Assembly (NCBI RefSeq): GCF_002320515.1
Contig: NZ_DCJJ01000006.1
Origin: Dialister sp. UBA1703
GTDB taxonomy: Bacteria; Bacillota; Negativicutes; Veillonellales; Dialisteraceae
Strand: one strand, 5' to 3'
DNA: 45,842 nt
The number at the start of each line of letters is the position of its first letter. Position 1 is the stretch's first letter. Shown piece after piece: positions 18,422 through 29,239 of the stretch. Below the pieces are notes generated by a model. That model saw only the letters and a program-made list of their open reading frames with translations, did no database searches and was not told the DNA's origin. Position numbers and translations under genes: made by a program.

Positions 18422-19719
18422 AAAATATTAATGTCGCACTCCTTGGATTTGGCACTGTAGGCAGTGGTGTGGCCGAAACGATTCGAAAGAACGGCCGCAT
18501 AATGGAAGATTCCATAGGCTGTCATTTCAATATCAGCCACGTGCTGGTCCGCCATCCTGAAAAATACAGGGATATGGAACTTCTGCAGGGGATTCACCTG
18601 ACGTCCTCCTTTGAGGATATCATTTCCGATGAATCCATTGATATTGTGATTGAAGTCATGGGCGGTATCCATCCGGCAAAGGAATACATTTTTGAAGCCC
18701 TCAATCATCATATCAATGTGGTAAGCGCCAATAAGGACCTGGTAGCCCTTTTCGGACCGGAAATCATGCATACTGCCATGGAAAACCATGTGAATTTCAG
18801 CTGCGAGGCCAGCGTAGGCGGCGGCATTCCTATTTTAAGACCCCTTCATGATTCCCTGGCAGCCAATGAAATCGAAAGTATTGTGGGCATTGTGAACGGC
18901 ACCACCAACTTTATTCTGTCCAACATGGATGATGCAGGCGTCAGCTATGGCGACGCCCTTCGTGTAGCACAGAAAAAGGGCTATGCGGAAGCGGATCCCA
19001 CCAACGACGTGGCAGGCTACGATGCAGCCAGAAAGCTGGCCATCCTTGCCTCCATCGGTTTCCATGCAAATGTGGCCTTTGATGATGTACTGGTGGAAGG
19101 CATTGAAAAGATTTCCCAGAACGATGTGCAGTATGCCAGTGAAATGGGATACGCCATCAAGCTTCTGGCTGTAGCTATCCGGCAGGACAACGGTATTGCC
19201 CTCAACGTATATCCCGCCTTCGTTCCCAGAAGCCATCCCTTAGCTTCGGTCAAAGGTTCCTACAATGCCATTTATGTTACCGGCAATATTGTGGACGATG
19301 TGATGTTCTACGGCAGAGGCGCCGGTTCCCTTCCCACCGCCAGCGCAGTTATGGGGGATGTAATCAGCACTGCCAAGCATATTATGAACCACTCCACCGG
19401 CACCGATATGATGCTGACGGAAACAAAGCGCATTCCCTTCTATTCTTCCCTGAAACTGGAAAATTCCTATTATTTCCGTTTGATCGTTGATGATGTGACC
19501 GGTGTTCTTTCCCAGATCGCCTCCGCCTATGCGGATAACGATATCAGCATTAAGGAAGTGGTCCAGAAGAGCCGCATTGAAGATGCAGCGGAACTGATGA
19601 TTATTACGGAAAAGACGCCGCGGGAAAATATTATCCACGTGGAAAAGGCACTGCAGGTTCTGCCCTGCATGCGCCAGGTAGCCAATATCGTGAGGGTTAT
19701 GGAAGATGACAGAAAATAA
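18418..19719 (+). CDS. hom: Homoserine dehydrogenase with C-terminal ACT domain
   Basis: GFGTVG, SANK, EASVGGGIP, NGTTN, GYAEADP, GAGSLPTASA. Confidence 0.97.
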   Translation: MKNINVALLGFGTVGSGVAETIRKNGRIMEDSIGCHFNISHVLVRHPEKYRDMELLQGIHLTSSFEDIISDESIDIVIEVMGGIHPAKEYIFEALNHHINVVSANKDLVALFGPEIMHTAMENHVNFSCEASVGGGIPILRPLHDSLAANEIESIVGIVNGTTNFILSNMDDAGVSYGDALRVAQKKGYAEADPTNDVAGYDAARKLAILASIGFHANVAFDDVLVEGIEKISQNDVQYASEMGYAIKLLAVAIRQDNGIALNVYPAFVPRSHPLASVKGSYNAIYVTGNIVDDVMFYGRGAGSLPTASAVMGDVISTAKHIMNHSTGTDMMLTETKRIPFYSSLKLENSYYFRLIVDDVTGVLSQIASAYADNDISIKEVVQKSRIEDAAELMIITEKTPRENIIHVEKALQVLPCMRQVANIVRVMEDDRK

Positions 19720-20629
19720 AACCTATATCGTACGAGTGCCTGCCACCACCGCCAATATCGGAAGCGGCTTCGACACATTGGGTATGTCCCTTGGACTTTA
19801 CAATGTGGTGCAGTTTGTGCCGGAAGAAGGGAAAGCACTGATCGATACGGATATTTCCGCGGAAGGAGAGGGAGCATCCCAGATTCCATCGGGCCTTGAC
19901 AACATGATTATCAAAGCCATGGATGAAACCGCAAGGCGTGCAGGAAAAGAAATGGCCGGAGGGAAAATGTACCTTATCAACCGCATCCCCTTTGCCCGGG
20001 GACTGGGTTCATCCTCCGCCGCCATTGCGTCCGGCGTATTTCTTTCCAATATGCTTATGGGAGAACCTTTCAACCGGAAGGAAATTCTGGATATTACGGC
20101 AGAAATGGAAGGGCATCCGGATAATGCGGCGCCTGCTGTTTTAGGCGGCTTCTGCATGGCTCTCTTAAAAAACGGCCATGTAACAGCAGAGCGCATAGAT
20201 ATCCCTTCCCACTGGAAGGCCGTTGTTACCATTCCTGACTTTGAACTTCATACGGAAAAGGCAAGGGCCGTCCTTCCGGAAAGCTATGCCAGAAGCGATG
20301 CGGTTCATAATATTGGCGCCGTATCCTTTCTGATGGCAGCCTTCATGTACCAGAAACCGGAATATCTGAAACTGGGACTAGACGACGTGATCCATGTACC
20401 CTACAGGCTGGGACTCATTCCCGGCGCATCCGACGTCATCAGAAATGCGGAGCGGGCAGGCGCCTATGGAGCCACCATTTCTGGCTCCGGTCCCACCATC
20501 ATAGCCTTTGCGCCGGCTGATCTGGCGGATAAAGTGGGGATTTCCATGGTGAACGGCTTTGCCTCTGCCCATATGACTTCCCGATACCTGGTTCTTGACT
20601 TTGACCATAACGGCATTATGGCGGTATGA
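19706..20629 (+). CDS. thrB: Homoserine kinase
   Basis: PATTANIGSGFD, RGLGSS, EGHPDN, ISGSGPT. Confidence 0.97.
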   Translation: MTENKTYIVRVPATTANIGSGFDTLGMSLGLYNVVQFVPEEGKALIDTDISAEGEGASQIPSGLDNMIIKAMDETARRAGKEMAGGKMYLINRIPFARGLGSSSAAIASGVFLSNMLMGEPFNRKEILDITAEMEGHPDNAAPAVLGGFCMALLKNGHVTAERIDIPSHWKAVVTIPDFELHTEKARAVLPESYARSDAVHNIGAVSFLMAAFMYQKPEYLKLGLDDVIHVPYRLGLIPGASDVIRNAERAGAYGATISGSGPTIIAFAPADLADKVGISMVNGFASAHMTSRYLVLDFDHNGIMAV

Positions 20630-20652
20630 TTCAATGCTGGCAGCCATGGAAG

Positions 20653-20676
20653 AAAACGGCCTGCGGGCCGTTTTTT
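20653..20676 (+). terminator. Intrinsic terminator after thrB
   Basis: AAAACGGCC-TGCG-GGCCGTTTTTT. Confidence 0.8.
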
Positions 20677-20763
20677 GCTGTTTCGGCCCTGAAGAATGGG
20701 GCACTGTCTTATTGGAAAACAAGCTTTGGATGTTAGAGAACCATGGGCCCTTTTTATTTTCTA

Positions 20764-20792
20764 TTGACGGACGAGATTTAAATAGGTATACT
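20764..20792 (+). promoter_or_regulatory. Sigma-A promoter of the ABC operon
   Basis: TTGACG-17 bp-TATACT. Confidence 0.7.
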
Positions 20793-20851
20793 TATACAGG
20801 TATTATCCTAAAATATACTGTTTGACATGGATTGGATAAGGAGTCCCGTAG

Positions 20852-21490
20852 ATGAATTTTGAACTCATTGAACATGCACTGCCTATGCTGCTGGTTGGGG
20901 CCGGTGTTACCATTGAAATCACCGCAGTCAGCGTGGCCATAGGTTTTTTGATTGGCCTCTTTGTAGGTATTGCCCGTATCTGTCAGGTAAAGATTTTAAG
21001 GATTATCGCAGCCATCTATGCGGACTGCATCCGCGGCACACCGCTTCTGGTGCAGATATTCCTCATTTATTTCGCCCTTCCTATTGTCACGGGACACAGG
21101 GTGGAACCCTTTGCTGCTGCGGTGGCAGCCTGCGGCATTAACAGCGGTGCCTATGTTTCCGAAATTTTCAGAGCCGGTATCCAGGCCATTGATGTGGGAC
21201 AGATGGAAGCAGGCCGCTCCCTTGGGCTGACCTGGTGGCAGACCATGTACTATGTCATCCTCCCACAGGCCGTACGGAACATCCTTCCCCCTCTGGGAAA
21301 TGAATTTATTGCCATGCTGAAGGATTCTTCCCTGGTATCGGTCATCGGCTTTGAAGAACTGACAAGAAGAGGGCAGCTGATTATTGCCCAGACCTACGGT
21401 TCCTTTGAAATCTGGACTGCCGTAGCTGTTCTTTACCTCATCATGACACTGGCAATTTCTCGTGTAGTAGCATGGCTGGAAAAGAGATAA
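20852..21490 (+). CDS. Polar amino acid ABC transporter permease (HisQ/GlnP/ArtQ type)
   Basis: [28 protein letters not shown] (EAA loop), KDSSL. Confidence 0.95.
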   Translation: MNFELIEHALPMLLVGAGVTIEITAVSVAIGFLIGLFVGIARICQVKILRIIAAIYADCIRGTPLLVQIFLIYFALPIVTGHRVEPFAAAVAACGINSGAYVSEIFRAGIQAIDVGQMEAGRSLGLTWWQTMYYVILPQAVRNILPPLGNEFIAMLKDSSLVSVIGFEELTRRGQLIIAQTYGSFEIWTAVAVLYLIMTLAISRVVAWLEKR

Positions 21491-21492
21491 CT

Positions 21493-22230
21493 ATGGCGGA
21501 TAAAAAATATTTAATTGAAATCAATCATGTGGGCAAGAAATTCGGCGACCTGACGGTACTGAAGGACATCAGCGTGAAGGTAAAGGAAAAGGAAGTAGTT
21601 GTTATTATCGGACCTTCCGGCTCCGGCAAAAGTACGCTTCTTCGCTGCATTAACGGCCTAGAAAAGCCTACCAGCGGCGAAGTCTTCTTTGACGGTATGC
21701 CGGTGAACGGCGAAAAAAATATTAATGAAGTGCGCACGGAAGTGGGCATGGTGTTCCAGCGGTTCAACCTGTTTCCTCATATGACAGTCATCCAGAACCT
21801 CATGCTGGCGCCCATGAAGGTTCGCAGGATGAGCAAAAAGGATGCTTATGACCGCGGTATGCGCCTTCTGCAGAAGGTAGGTCTGGAAGACAAGGCGGAC
21901 TACAAGCCTGCCCAGCTTTCCGGGGGACAGCAGCAGCGCGTGGCCATAGCTAGGGCGCTGGCCATGAAGCCGAAGGCCCTGCTTTTCGATGAACCTACCT
22001 CCGCCCTGGATCCGGAAATGGTTCACGAAGTTCTGGATGTCATGAAGGAAGTAGCGGAAGAAGGGATGACCATGGTGGTGGTTACCCATGAAATGGGATT
22101 TGCCCGTGAAGTGGGGGACAGGGTCCTCTTCATTGACGGCGGCGTCATTGTAGAACAGGGGACGCCGGACGAAGTATTCAACCATACGAAGGAAGACAGA
22201 ACAAAGCTGTTCCTTTCCCAGGTTCTTTAA
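21493..22230 (+). CDS. Polar amino acid ABC transporter ATPase (GlnQ type)
   Basis: [42 protein letters not shown]. Confidence 0.95.
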   Translation: MADKKYLIEINHVGKKFGDLTVLKDISVKVKEKEVVVIIGPSGSGKSTLLRCINGLEKPTSGEVFFDGMPVNGEKNINEVRTEVGMVFQRFNLFPHMTVIQNLMLAPMKVRRMSKKDAYDRGMRLLQKVGLEDKADYKPAQLSGGQQQRVAIARALAMKPKALLFDEPTSALDPEMVHEVLDVMKEVAEEGMTMVVVTHEMGFAREVGDRVLFIDGGVIVEQGTPDEVFNHTKEDRTKLFLSQVL

Positions 22231-22277
22231 TCATTTCTATCAGGCAGGGTATCAAGCCCTGTATATTTATGCATTAT

Positions 22278-22330
22278 GCACAGGGGAAGGCGGAAAGCCC
22301 AAAGAATTCCACCTTTCTTTGTGCTTTTTT
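22278..22330 (+). terminator. Probable terminator of the ABC operon
   Basis: GCACAGGGGAAGG...CCTTTCTTTGTGC stem (G-U pairs) followed by T6. Confidence 0.55.
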
Positions 22331-22339
22331 ATATTTTGG

Positions 22340-22368
22340 TTGACGGAATTAATGTTTTATGGTATTGT
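22340..22368 (+). promoter_or_regulatory. Sigma-A promoter of csp
   Basis: TTGACG-17 bp-TATTGT with TGn extension. Confidence 0.6.
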
Positions 22369-22419
22369 AAATCTATGCCCAATCGGGGCAATGTAGTAAT
22401 TTTTTTAGGAGGAATTTCC

Positions 22420-22620
22420 ATGAAAGGTACAGTTAAGTGGTTCAGTGCAGAAAAAGGCTACGGCTTTATTGAAAGAGAAGAAGGCGGCGACGTATTCGTT
22501 CATTTCTCCGCTATTCAGGCCGATGGCTTCAAAACACTGAATGAAGGCCAGAAGGTTGATTTTGAAATCATTGATGGTGCAAGAGGACCTCAGGCTGCTA
22601 ACGTTAAAGTTGAAGGCTGA
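22420..22620 (+). CDS. cspA: Cold-shock protein (66 aa)
   Basis: KGTVKWF, KGYGFI (RNP1), VFVHFSAI (RNP2); AGGAGG RBS; paralogue letter uncertain. Confidence 0.95.
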   Translation: MKGTVKWFSAEKGYGFIEREEGGDVFVHFSAIQADGFKTLNEGQKVDFEIIDGARGPQAANVKVEG

Positions 22621-22664
22621 TCACTTACTGAAGCTATATAGCGAAAGTTTCTGAATCTGGATTT

Positions 22665-22693
22665 AGGGTAAAGCAAAGGCTTTACCCTTTTTT
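22665..22693 (+). terminator. Intrinsic terminator after csp
   Basis: AGGGTAAAGC-AAAG-GCTTTACCCT then T run. Confidence 0.85.
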
Positions 22694-22800
22694 CATTTCC
22701 CGGAATTTCTCTTTATAGTATTTCATATTCAATCATTTCTATCATTCTTACGAACTGATAAAAGTTTTTAATGATATCTAATTTATATAGACTTAAAGGA

Positions 22801-22828
22801 TTGATTATTATGTAAAATTTAGTATAAT
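22801..22828 (+). promoter_or_regulatory. Putative sigma-A promoter of hpf
   Basis: TTGATT-16 bp-TATAAT. Confidence 0.55.
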
Positions 22829-22877
22829 AAATATAGAAGGATGAGCATCGGGCTTATCCTAGAAAGGGGGATTTCAT

Positions 22878-23414
22878 ATGGAATTAACTGTTAGAGGAAA
22901 AAATCTGGAAATCACTGACGCACTGCATTCTTATGTAGAAAAACACACAGGCAAGATTCAGAGATACTTTGACAAACCGATCAAGATCAATGTGCTGCTT
23001 CGGATTTCGAACATGACAAAAACTTGTGAAGTGACTGTCTTTGTGGACGGCATCATCCTCAGAGGCGTGGAAAAATCCGATGATATGTACAAGTCCATTG
23101 ACCTGGTTTTTGATAAGGTAGAACGTCAGATTCACAAGTATAAGACCCGTCTGGCAAAACGGTTCAAAGAAAGAAATACCCTGAGCCATCAGTTTGTCAT
23201 AGAAAAGGAATCGGCTCCTGCTCCGGATACGGAATTTGAAATCGTAAAGACGAAACATTTCAATATCAGTCCCATGTCTCCGGAAGAAGCAGTTCTCCAG
23301 ATGAACCTTCTTGGTCACAGCTTCTTCATGTTCTTCAATTCTGAAACGGAAGCCATGGCTATAGTTTATCGCAGAGACGACGGCAAATACGGCCTCATTG
23401 ATGCCAATAAATAA
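22878..23414 (+). CDS. hpf: Long-form ribosome hibernation promoting factor
   Basis: RGKNLEITDAL, DMYKSID, C-terminal PMSPEEAVLQMNLLGH..YRRDDG.YGLI; upstream of secA. Confidence 0.95.
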   Translation: MELTVRGKNLEITDALHSYVEKHTGKIQRYFDKPIKINVLLRISNMTKTCEVTVFVDGIILRGVEKSDDMYKSIDLVFDKVERQIHKYKTRLAKRFKERNTLSHQFVIEKESAPAPDTEFEIVKTKHFNISPMSPEEAVLQMNLLGHSFFMFFNSETEAMAIVYRRDDGKYGLIDANK

Positions 23415-23436
23415 ATGCCGGCCGTGAAATTTCACG

Positions 23437-23466
23437 AAAAAGAGCGGAATTTTCCGCTCTTTTTTT
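23437..23466. terminator. Intrinsic terminator after hpf
   Basis: AAAAAGAGCGGAA-TT-TTCCGCTCTTTTTTT. Confidence 0.85.
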
Positions 23467-23483
23467 GACTATACCGCCTCAGT

Positions 23484-23511
23484 TTGATAAAATAAACTAG
23501 ATGTGTATAGT
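23484..23511 (+). promoter_or_regulatory. Putative sigma-A promoter of secA
   Basis: TTGATA-16 bp-TATAGT. Confidence 0.5.
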
Positions 23512-23559
23512 ATTGGAATTTGTTGAAACGGAAGACTGATTGTATAAGGAGTTGTTTCC

Positions 23560-26022
23560 ATGTTTGATAAGTTTTTTGACAGGCTGTTTAACGGGTCCAA
23601 CGAAAAAGAAGTAAAGAAAATTCGTAAAATCGTAGAACAGCAGATCAATCCCCTGGAAGAGGGACTGAAGAAACTGAGCGATTCATCTCTGGCCAATAAG
23701 ACCAATGAATTCAAGGCCCGGCTGGCTAAAGGGGAAACGCTGGATGATATCCTGCCCGAAGCTTTTGCGGTAGTCCGCGAAGCATCCCGCCGTGTACTGG
23801 GCATGCGTCATTTTGATGTACAGCTCATCGGCGGCATCGTCCTCCATCGCGGCAATATTGCAGAAATGTGCACCGGCGAAGGTAAAACCCTGGTGGCAAC
23901 GGCTCCGGTGTATCTGAATGCGCTGGAAGGAAAAGGGGTTCATGTCATTACGGTCAATGATTACCTGGCCAAACGAGACAGTGAATGGATGGGCCAGGTT
24001 TATAAATTCCTGGGTCTCTCTGTAGGCCTCATTGTCCATGACCTTGATTTCAATCAGAGAAAGATTGCCTATAATTCCGATATTACCTACGGAACGAATA
24101 ATGAATTCGGCTTCGACTACCTCCGTGACAATATGGTCACATCCCTGGATCAGATGGTGCAGAGACCTCTGCACTACTGCCTCATCGATGAAGTGGACTC
24201 CATTCTCATCGATGAAGCCCGCACACCGCTGATTATTTCCGGCCCGGGACAGAAGTCTACGGATAATTACTATGTCATGGCCAAACTGGTGCCGAAACTG
24301 AAAAAGGATGAAGATTACACCATCGATGAAAAGCAGAAAACCGTGGCTCCTACGGAAGCAGGCGTTGCCAAAATGGAAAAACTGCTTCACGTGGAAAATC
24401 TCTATGATGCGGAAAACCTGGAACTGAACCATCTTTTCGTACAGGCTCTCCGTGCCCAGACCATGATGCAGCGGGATAAGGACTATGTAGTGAAAGACGG
24501 CGAAGTGATTATTGTCGATGAATTCACAGGCCGTCTCATGTACGGCCGCCGCTACTCCGACGGTCTTCATCAGGCTATCGAAGCCAAGGAAGGGCTGGAA
24601 GTGCAGCGTGAAAGTCAGACCCTGGCCACCATTACCTTCCAGAACTATTTCAGAATGTACGACAAACTGGCCGGCATGACCGGTACCGCCAAGACGGAAG
24701 AACAGGAATTCATTAAGATTTACGGCCTTCCTGTTATCCAGATTCCTACCAATAAGCCTATCCTGCGCAAGGATCTGCCGGATGTGGTATTCAAGACAAA
24801 GAGAGGCAAGTATAGAGCAGTTGTGAAAGAAGTGGAACGGCGTCATGCCACCGGCCAGCCTATGCTGATCGGCACCACTTCCATCGAACAGTCCGAAGAG
24901 CTGTCCCATATGCTGGATGCAGCGAAGATTCCTCATTCCGTGCTGAACGCCAAGTACCATGAAAAGGAAGCTGCCATCGTTGCCCTGGCAGGCCAGAAGG
25001 GGGCTGTAACCATTGCCACCAACATGGCAGGCCGTGGTACCGATATCCAGCTTGGCGAAGGGGTAGCGGAACTGGGAGGCCTGGCTATTATCGGTACAGA
25101 ACGTCATGAAAGCCGTCGTATCGACAACCAGCTCCGCGGCCGTGCCGGCCGTCAGGGGGACCCGGGTTCCAGCCAGTTCTTCCTTTCCCTGGAAGATGAT
25201 CTGCTCCGCATTTTCGGCGGCGACAACATCAAGAAGTTCATGGAAAAAATGGGCCTTGATGAAGATGAACCTATCAACAGCCGCATGGTGTCCAATGCCA
25301 TCCAGAAAGCGCAGAAACGGGTGGAAGCCAGAAACTTTGACATCCGTAAGTATGTTCTTGAATACGACGACGTAATGAACCAGCAGAGAAAGGTGGTTTA
25401 CGAACAGCGCCGCCGGATTCTGGAAGGGGAGGACATGAAGGACCAGGTTCTCCGCATGGTGGATACTATTATCGAGAAGGGCATGGAAACCTATGCGGAT
25501 CCCAAGCTTTATCCGGAAGAATGGGATTTTGCAGGCCTTCTGAAATACAGCGAGAAATATTTCCTCGCTCCCGGTGAAATCAAACTGGAAGACATTGAGG
25601 ACATGAGCAGGGAAGAAGTGGAAGACAAGCTGAAAACCTGCGCCCATGAAACCTATGAATCCAGAGAAAAGTCCATCGGTTCTTCCATGATGCGTGAACT
25701 GGAAAAGGCAGTCATGCTGAAGGTGGTGGATTCCAAGTGGATGGAACATCTGGATGACATGGACATGCTGAAGGAAGGCATCGGCCTTCGTTCCTATGGC
25801 CAGAGAAACCCCATTGTAGAATACAAGGTGGAAGCCTATGACATTTTTGAAGAAATGCAGCAGGCCATGATGGAAACCATTGTCCTCTATCTCTACCATA
25901 TCCAGATCCGCTTTGCTACGGATCCGGAGGAACCGCAGCAGGTTCCTGAAGCACCAAAGGCAGAAGACCATCTGAAAGGGGCCACTGCCCACTATGTAGA
26001 TGAAAATTCTTCCAATGACTGA
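23560..26022 (+). CDS. secA: Preprotein translocase ATPase SecA (no C-terminal zinc finger)
   Basis: [51 protein letters not shown]. Confidence 0.99.
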   Translation: MFDKFFDRLFNGSNEKEVKKIRKIVEQQINPLEEGLKKLSDSSLANKTNEFKARLAKGETLDDILPEAFAVVREASRRVLGMRHFDVQLIGGIVLHRGNIAEMCTGEGKTLVATAPVYLNALEGKGVHVITVNDYLAKRDSEWMGQVYKFLGLSVGLIVHDLDFNQRKIAYNSDITYGTNNEFGFDYLRDNMVTSLDQMVQRPLHYCLIDEVDSILIDEARTPLIISGPGQKSTDNYYVMAKLVPKLKKDEDYTIDEKQKTVAPTEAGVAKMEKLLHVENLYDAENLELNHLFVQALRAQTMMQRDKDYVVKDGEVIIVDEFTGRLMYGRRYSDGLHQAIEAKEGLEVQRESQTLATITFQNYFRMYDKLAGMTGTAKTEEQEFIKIYGLPVIQIPTNKPILRKDLPDVVFKTKRGKYRAVVKEVERRHATGQPMLIGTTSIEQSEELSHMLDAAKIPHSVLNAKYHEKEAAIVALAGQKGAVTIATNMAGRGTDIQLGEGVAELGGLAIIGTERHESRRIDNQLRGRAGRQGDPGSSQFFLSLEDDLLRIFGGDNIKKFMEKMGLDEDEPINSRMVSNAIQKAQKRVEARNFDIRKYVLEYDDVMNQQRKVVYEQRRRILEGEDMKDQVLRMVDTIIEKGMETYADPKLYPEEWDFAGLLKYSEKYFLAPGEIKLEDIEDMSREEVEDKLKTCAHETYESREKSIGSSMMRELEKAVMLKVVDSKWMEHLDDMDMLKEGIGLRSYGQRNPIVEYKVEAYDIFEEMQQAMMETIVLYLYHIQIRFATDPEEPQQVPEAPKAEDHLKGATAHYVDENSSND

Positions 26023-26079
26023 AAATAGAATCAGTCCCTGTAAAAATTTATTCACAAAGAAAGCGAGATGATTATCCAG

Positions 26080-27193
26080 ATGCTGGAAGATTTGAAAAAA
26101 ACTTTAACAGAACTGCTGAATCACGAAAAAGAAATAAGGGATTCACTTTGACTTACCTCAGCTGAAGGAACGTATCAGAAGTTACGACGTTCAGATGAGT
26201 GATCCTACTTTCTGGGATGATGCAGAGAAAGCCCGCAAAATTTCCCAGGAAGCAACGGAGGCTAAAGATGCCTACGAAACCTACACCAAGCTTTTTGAAA
26301 GGGCAGAGGGACTGAAGGATATCCTGGATCTGGCCATGGAAGAGGACGATCAGTCCATGGAACCGGAAATTGCCAAAGAGCTGAATGAGGTCAAAGAAAT
26401 CATGGACAAGAAGGAAATCGAACTCCTTCTGTCCGGCAAATATGATGAAAACAATGCTATCCTCACCTTCCACGCCGGTGCTGGCGGCACAGAAGCCCAG
26501 GACTGGACGGAAATGCTGATCCGCATGTACATGAAATGGGCGGAAGCGGAAGGTTTTGAACTGGAAGAGCTGAATATGCTCCCCGGTGATGAAGCAGGCA
26601 TTAAGAGCGCCGAATACATGGTGAAGGGGAAGTATGCCTACGGCTTCCTGAAATCGGAAAAAGGGGTGCACCGGCTTGTCCGTATTTCCCCCTTTGACGC
26701 TGCCAAAAGGCGGCATACCTCCTTCTCCGCTGTGGATGTGATGCCTGAAATCGACGATGATGTGGAAGTAGACCTGAACATGGATGATGTGCGGGTGGAT
26801 TACTACCGCTCCAGCGGTGCCGGCGGACAGCATATCAACAAGACAAGTTCCGCCGTCCGCATGACCCATCTTCCTACGGGCATTGTGGCTGCCTGCCAGA
26901 ATGAACGGTCCCAGTTCCAGAATAAGGAACAATGTCTCCGCCTTCTTCGCGCCAAACTCTATGAATTTGAAATGAAGAAGCACGAACAGGAATTGAGTGC
27001 TCTGGAAGGCGACCAGCAGGCCATTGAATGGGGCAGCCAGATTCGTTCCTATGTGTTCCAGCCCTATACATTGGTGAAGGATAACCGTACCGGTATAGAA
27101 ACCGGAAATATCCAGGGCGTCATGGATGGGGATCTGGATCCCTTCATTGAAGGCTTCCTTAAAATGAACAAATTTAAAGCCAAAGCAAAATAA
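26080..27193 (+). CDS. prfB: Peptide chain release factor 2, +1 programmed frameshift
   Basis: Frame 1 from ATG 26080 (or 26068) MLEDLKK...IRDSL ends at CTT-TGA-C (26146-26152); +1 frame continues into the SPF and GGQ motifs. Confidence 0.96.
26137..26152 (+). other. prfB frameshift signal (internal SD-like AGGGA plus CTTTGAC)
   Basis: AGGGATTCACTTTGAC read directly. Confidence 0.92.
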
Positions 27194-27205
27194 AGGATGG
27201 ATAGA

Positions 27206-29239
27206 ATGAGGGGCATACAAAGCAGCGCCTGCAAGGTGCTGGCAGTCCTGATTTTCATCGGAGTGATCGCTGCAGGGATGATTTCCCTGCAGCGGACCCA
27301 TATAGAATCGGCTGCTACATCTGTTGAAAATGTATATGATTATTACAACATTATTGACAGCGCATCAGTTGAAAAAAAATCAGCAGATGAGCTGTTTTCG
27401 CTGTACAGAAAAAGCGGCGTCACATCGCTGGCTGTGTATGACGAAACACCGGAAAAACTGGTGAATCATGATTTCCTTCGCGTTTACAGGGGCAGTGAAT
27501 TTGCCTTTAGAAATTCCGGTGTTTCCGGCATTTCCGATTCCAAAATTTACATCCAGCCTGTTCTGACGAAGAAGGGGGAAGCCTATTTCAGGGAAACCAG
27601 GGAATACCTGTCCCTTCTTATGAAAAAGGATGATGTCCGTTCCTTTGAAGTGAATGGTGTGGACACGCTGGAAGTGGATGCGGTTTACAACAAGTTCATG
27701 CAGATGGAACTGGGCATTTATGCGGAAACCGTAAAAGATGCGGCATCCCGCGGCTTCTACGTGGTTCTCCGTCCGGGAAATGAAGCTCATGTTTCTAAGG
27801 CCTATGTGGATCTTTTCCTGAAGAAGCTGGATGCTTCCGACAGGGTGAGCGCCATTATCTTCCAGGGCAAGGAAGTGCTGGGCTATAAGGAGTATGTAAA
27901 ATACCTTTCTGATGAGCTGAATAAACGCCATATTCCCATTGCCCTCATTGAAGCACAGAATCAGCTGGGCTTTGAAAGACAGGCAGGAAATCTGGAAATG
28001 GCAGTATTTTCGGATTACAATGTGGTTCGCCTTTATGCCATGTCCAAGGATGAGCTCATTAAGCTGGAACCGAAGGAAGCGGCATCCCGTTTCTATATTT
28101 CCGATATTGAACGGAATATCCGTATGAATCTTTTCCCGTCCTTCAAGTTCCCGCTGAACGGTATGTCTCTTTCCGAAACCAATGCTTCCTACATTGCTGA
28201 AGTCTCTTCCCGTCTGGAAAACCATGGCTTTACTGTAGGGAAGGCATCGGTGATGGAACCCTATTTCCCGCCTAATGCACTTCGGGGTATTGCCATTGCC
28301 GGCGCCCTTTCCCTTGTGGTACTGGCTGCCATTCTTCTTTTCCCTGTTCTTGTAAAATATGTATGGGTCCTTGAAATCCTTGGCCTTGCTGTGACTGAGG
28401 GCCTTTTCTGGGGACTCCATTCGGTGATGGTACTGCAGCTTCTGGCACTGGGAGCGGCTGTATGTACGCCGGTGGTAGTGGTGAGTCTCTTCCTTGCCTA
28501 CTGCTTAAGGAAAAAGGACAGGGCTTTCGAAAACGTGGGATGGGGGAAACTGCTGCTGGAGTCCCTTGTCATTCTCTGGGTATGCGGTCTTCTTTCCCTG
28601 GCCGGCGCCGCTTTTGTCAGCGGCCTTCTGGGAGATATCCGCTTCCTTCTGGAAATGCAGATTTTCCGCGGGGTCAAACTCACCTTCGTCCTTCCTCTGG
28701 TTCTCATTTCTATTGTGTACATCAGGAATTTCCCCTTCTTCGGGCAGGTGGTGTCCTCTGATAAGGATTTTATCCGCTTTGTGAAGAAATTCTGCAGTGT
28801 GCAGATCCGGCTGGGCCTTCTTGTGGGTCTTGGCCTTCTGGCAGTGGTGGGCTATGTGTTTATCGGCAGGAGCGGAAATAACGGAGCTCCGGTTCCGGGA
28901 TTTGAAATTGCACTTCGCCGTTTCCTTGAAAATGTGATGTATGCCCGTCCGCGGGAAAAGGAATTCCTCTTCGGTCATCCGGCAGTTCTTCTTACCATGG
29001 CTGCTTTGTATAGGAAATGGCCGCAGATTCTTCATTATTTCCTCATCGTGGCAGTGACCATCGGACAGGGATCCATGGTGGAAACCTTCGCCCATATGAG
29101 AAGTCCCTATATCCTGAGTTTTATCCGCGGGCTGGACGGTCTCGCAGCTGGAAGCCTTTCCATGATTGCCGCATTGATTGGGGTTATGATTCTGGTACGG
29201 CTCACCAAGTTTTTTGGAGAAAGATATGGCAAATTATAA
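27206..29239 (+). CDS. DUF5693-like multi-pass membrane protein
   Basis: N-terminal TM, large extracytoplasmic region with ERNIRM, C-terminal TM bundle with FRGVKL and RPREKEFLFGHP; directly upstream of csaB. Confidence 0.75.
   Translation: MRGIQSSACKVLAVLIFIGVIAAGMISLQRTHIESAATSVENVYDYYNIIDSASVEKKSADELFSLYRKSGVTSLAVYDETPEKLVNHDFLRVYRGSEFAFRNSGVSGISDSKIYIQPVLTKKGEAYFRETREYLSLLMKKDDVRSFEVNGVDTLEVDAVYNKFMQMELGIYAETVKDAASRGFYVVLRPGNEAHVSKAYVDLFLKKLDASDRVSAIIFQGKEVLGYKEYVKYLSDELNKRHIPIALIEAQNQLGFERQAGNLEMAVFSDYNVVRLYAMSKDELIKLEPKEAASRFYISDIERNIRMNLFPSFKFPLNGMSLSETNASYIAEVSSRLENHGFTVGKASVMEPYFPPNALRGIAIAGALSLVVLAAILLFPVLVKYVWVLEILGLAVTEGLFWGLHSVMVLQLLALGAAVCTPVVVVSLFLAYCLRKKDRAFENVGWGKLLLESLVILWVCGLLSLAGAAFVSGLLGDIRFLLEMQIFRGVKLTFVLPLVLISIVYIRNFPFFGQVVSSDKDFIRFVKKFCSVQIRLGLLVGLGLLAVVGYVFIGRSGNNGAPVPGFEIALRRFLENVMYARPREKEFLFGHPAVLLTMAALYRKWPQILHYFLIVAVTIGQGSMVETFAHMRSPYILSFIRGLDGLAAGSLSMIAALIGVMILVRLTKFFGERYGKL

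Noticed and set aside
23683-26055. 790-aa antisense ORF opposite secA, and similar long antisense ORFs opposite murE, murF, murC, ftsZ, gmh, prfB and obgE
   Set aside because: Shadow frames produced by the codon bias of the real genes; no RBS or recognisable motifs
26039-26058. Rex-like operator TGTAAAAATTTATTCACAA upstream of prfB
   Set aside because: Spacer length and left half do not fit TTGTGAA-N4-TTCACAA
26146-26152. prfB as a pseudogene or sequencing error
   Set aside because: Matches the canonical autoregulatory frameshift
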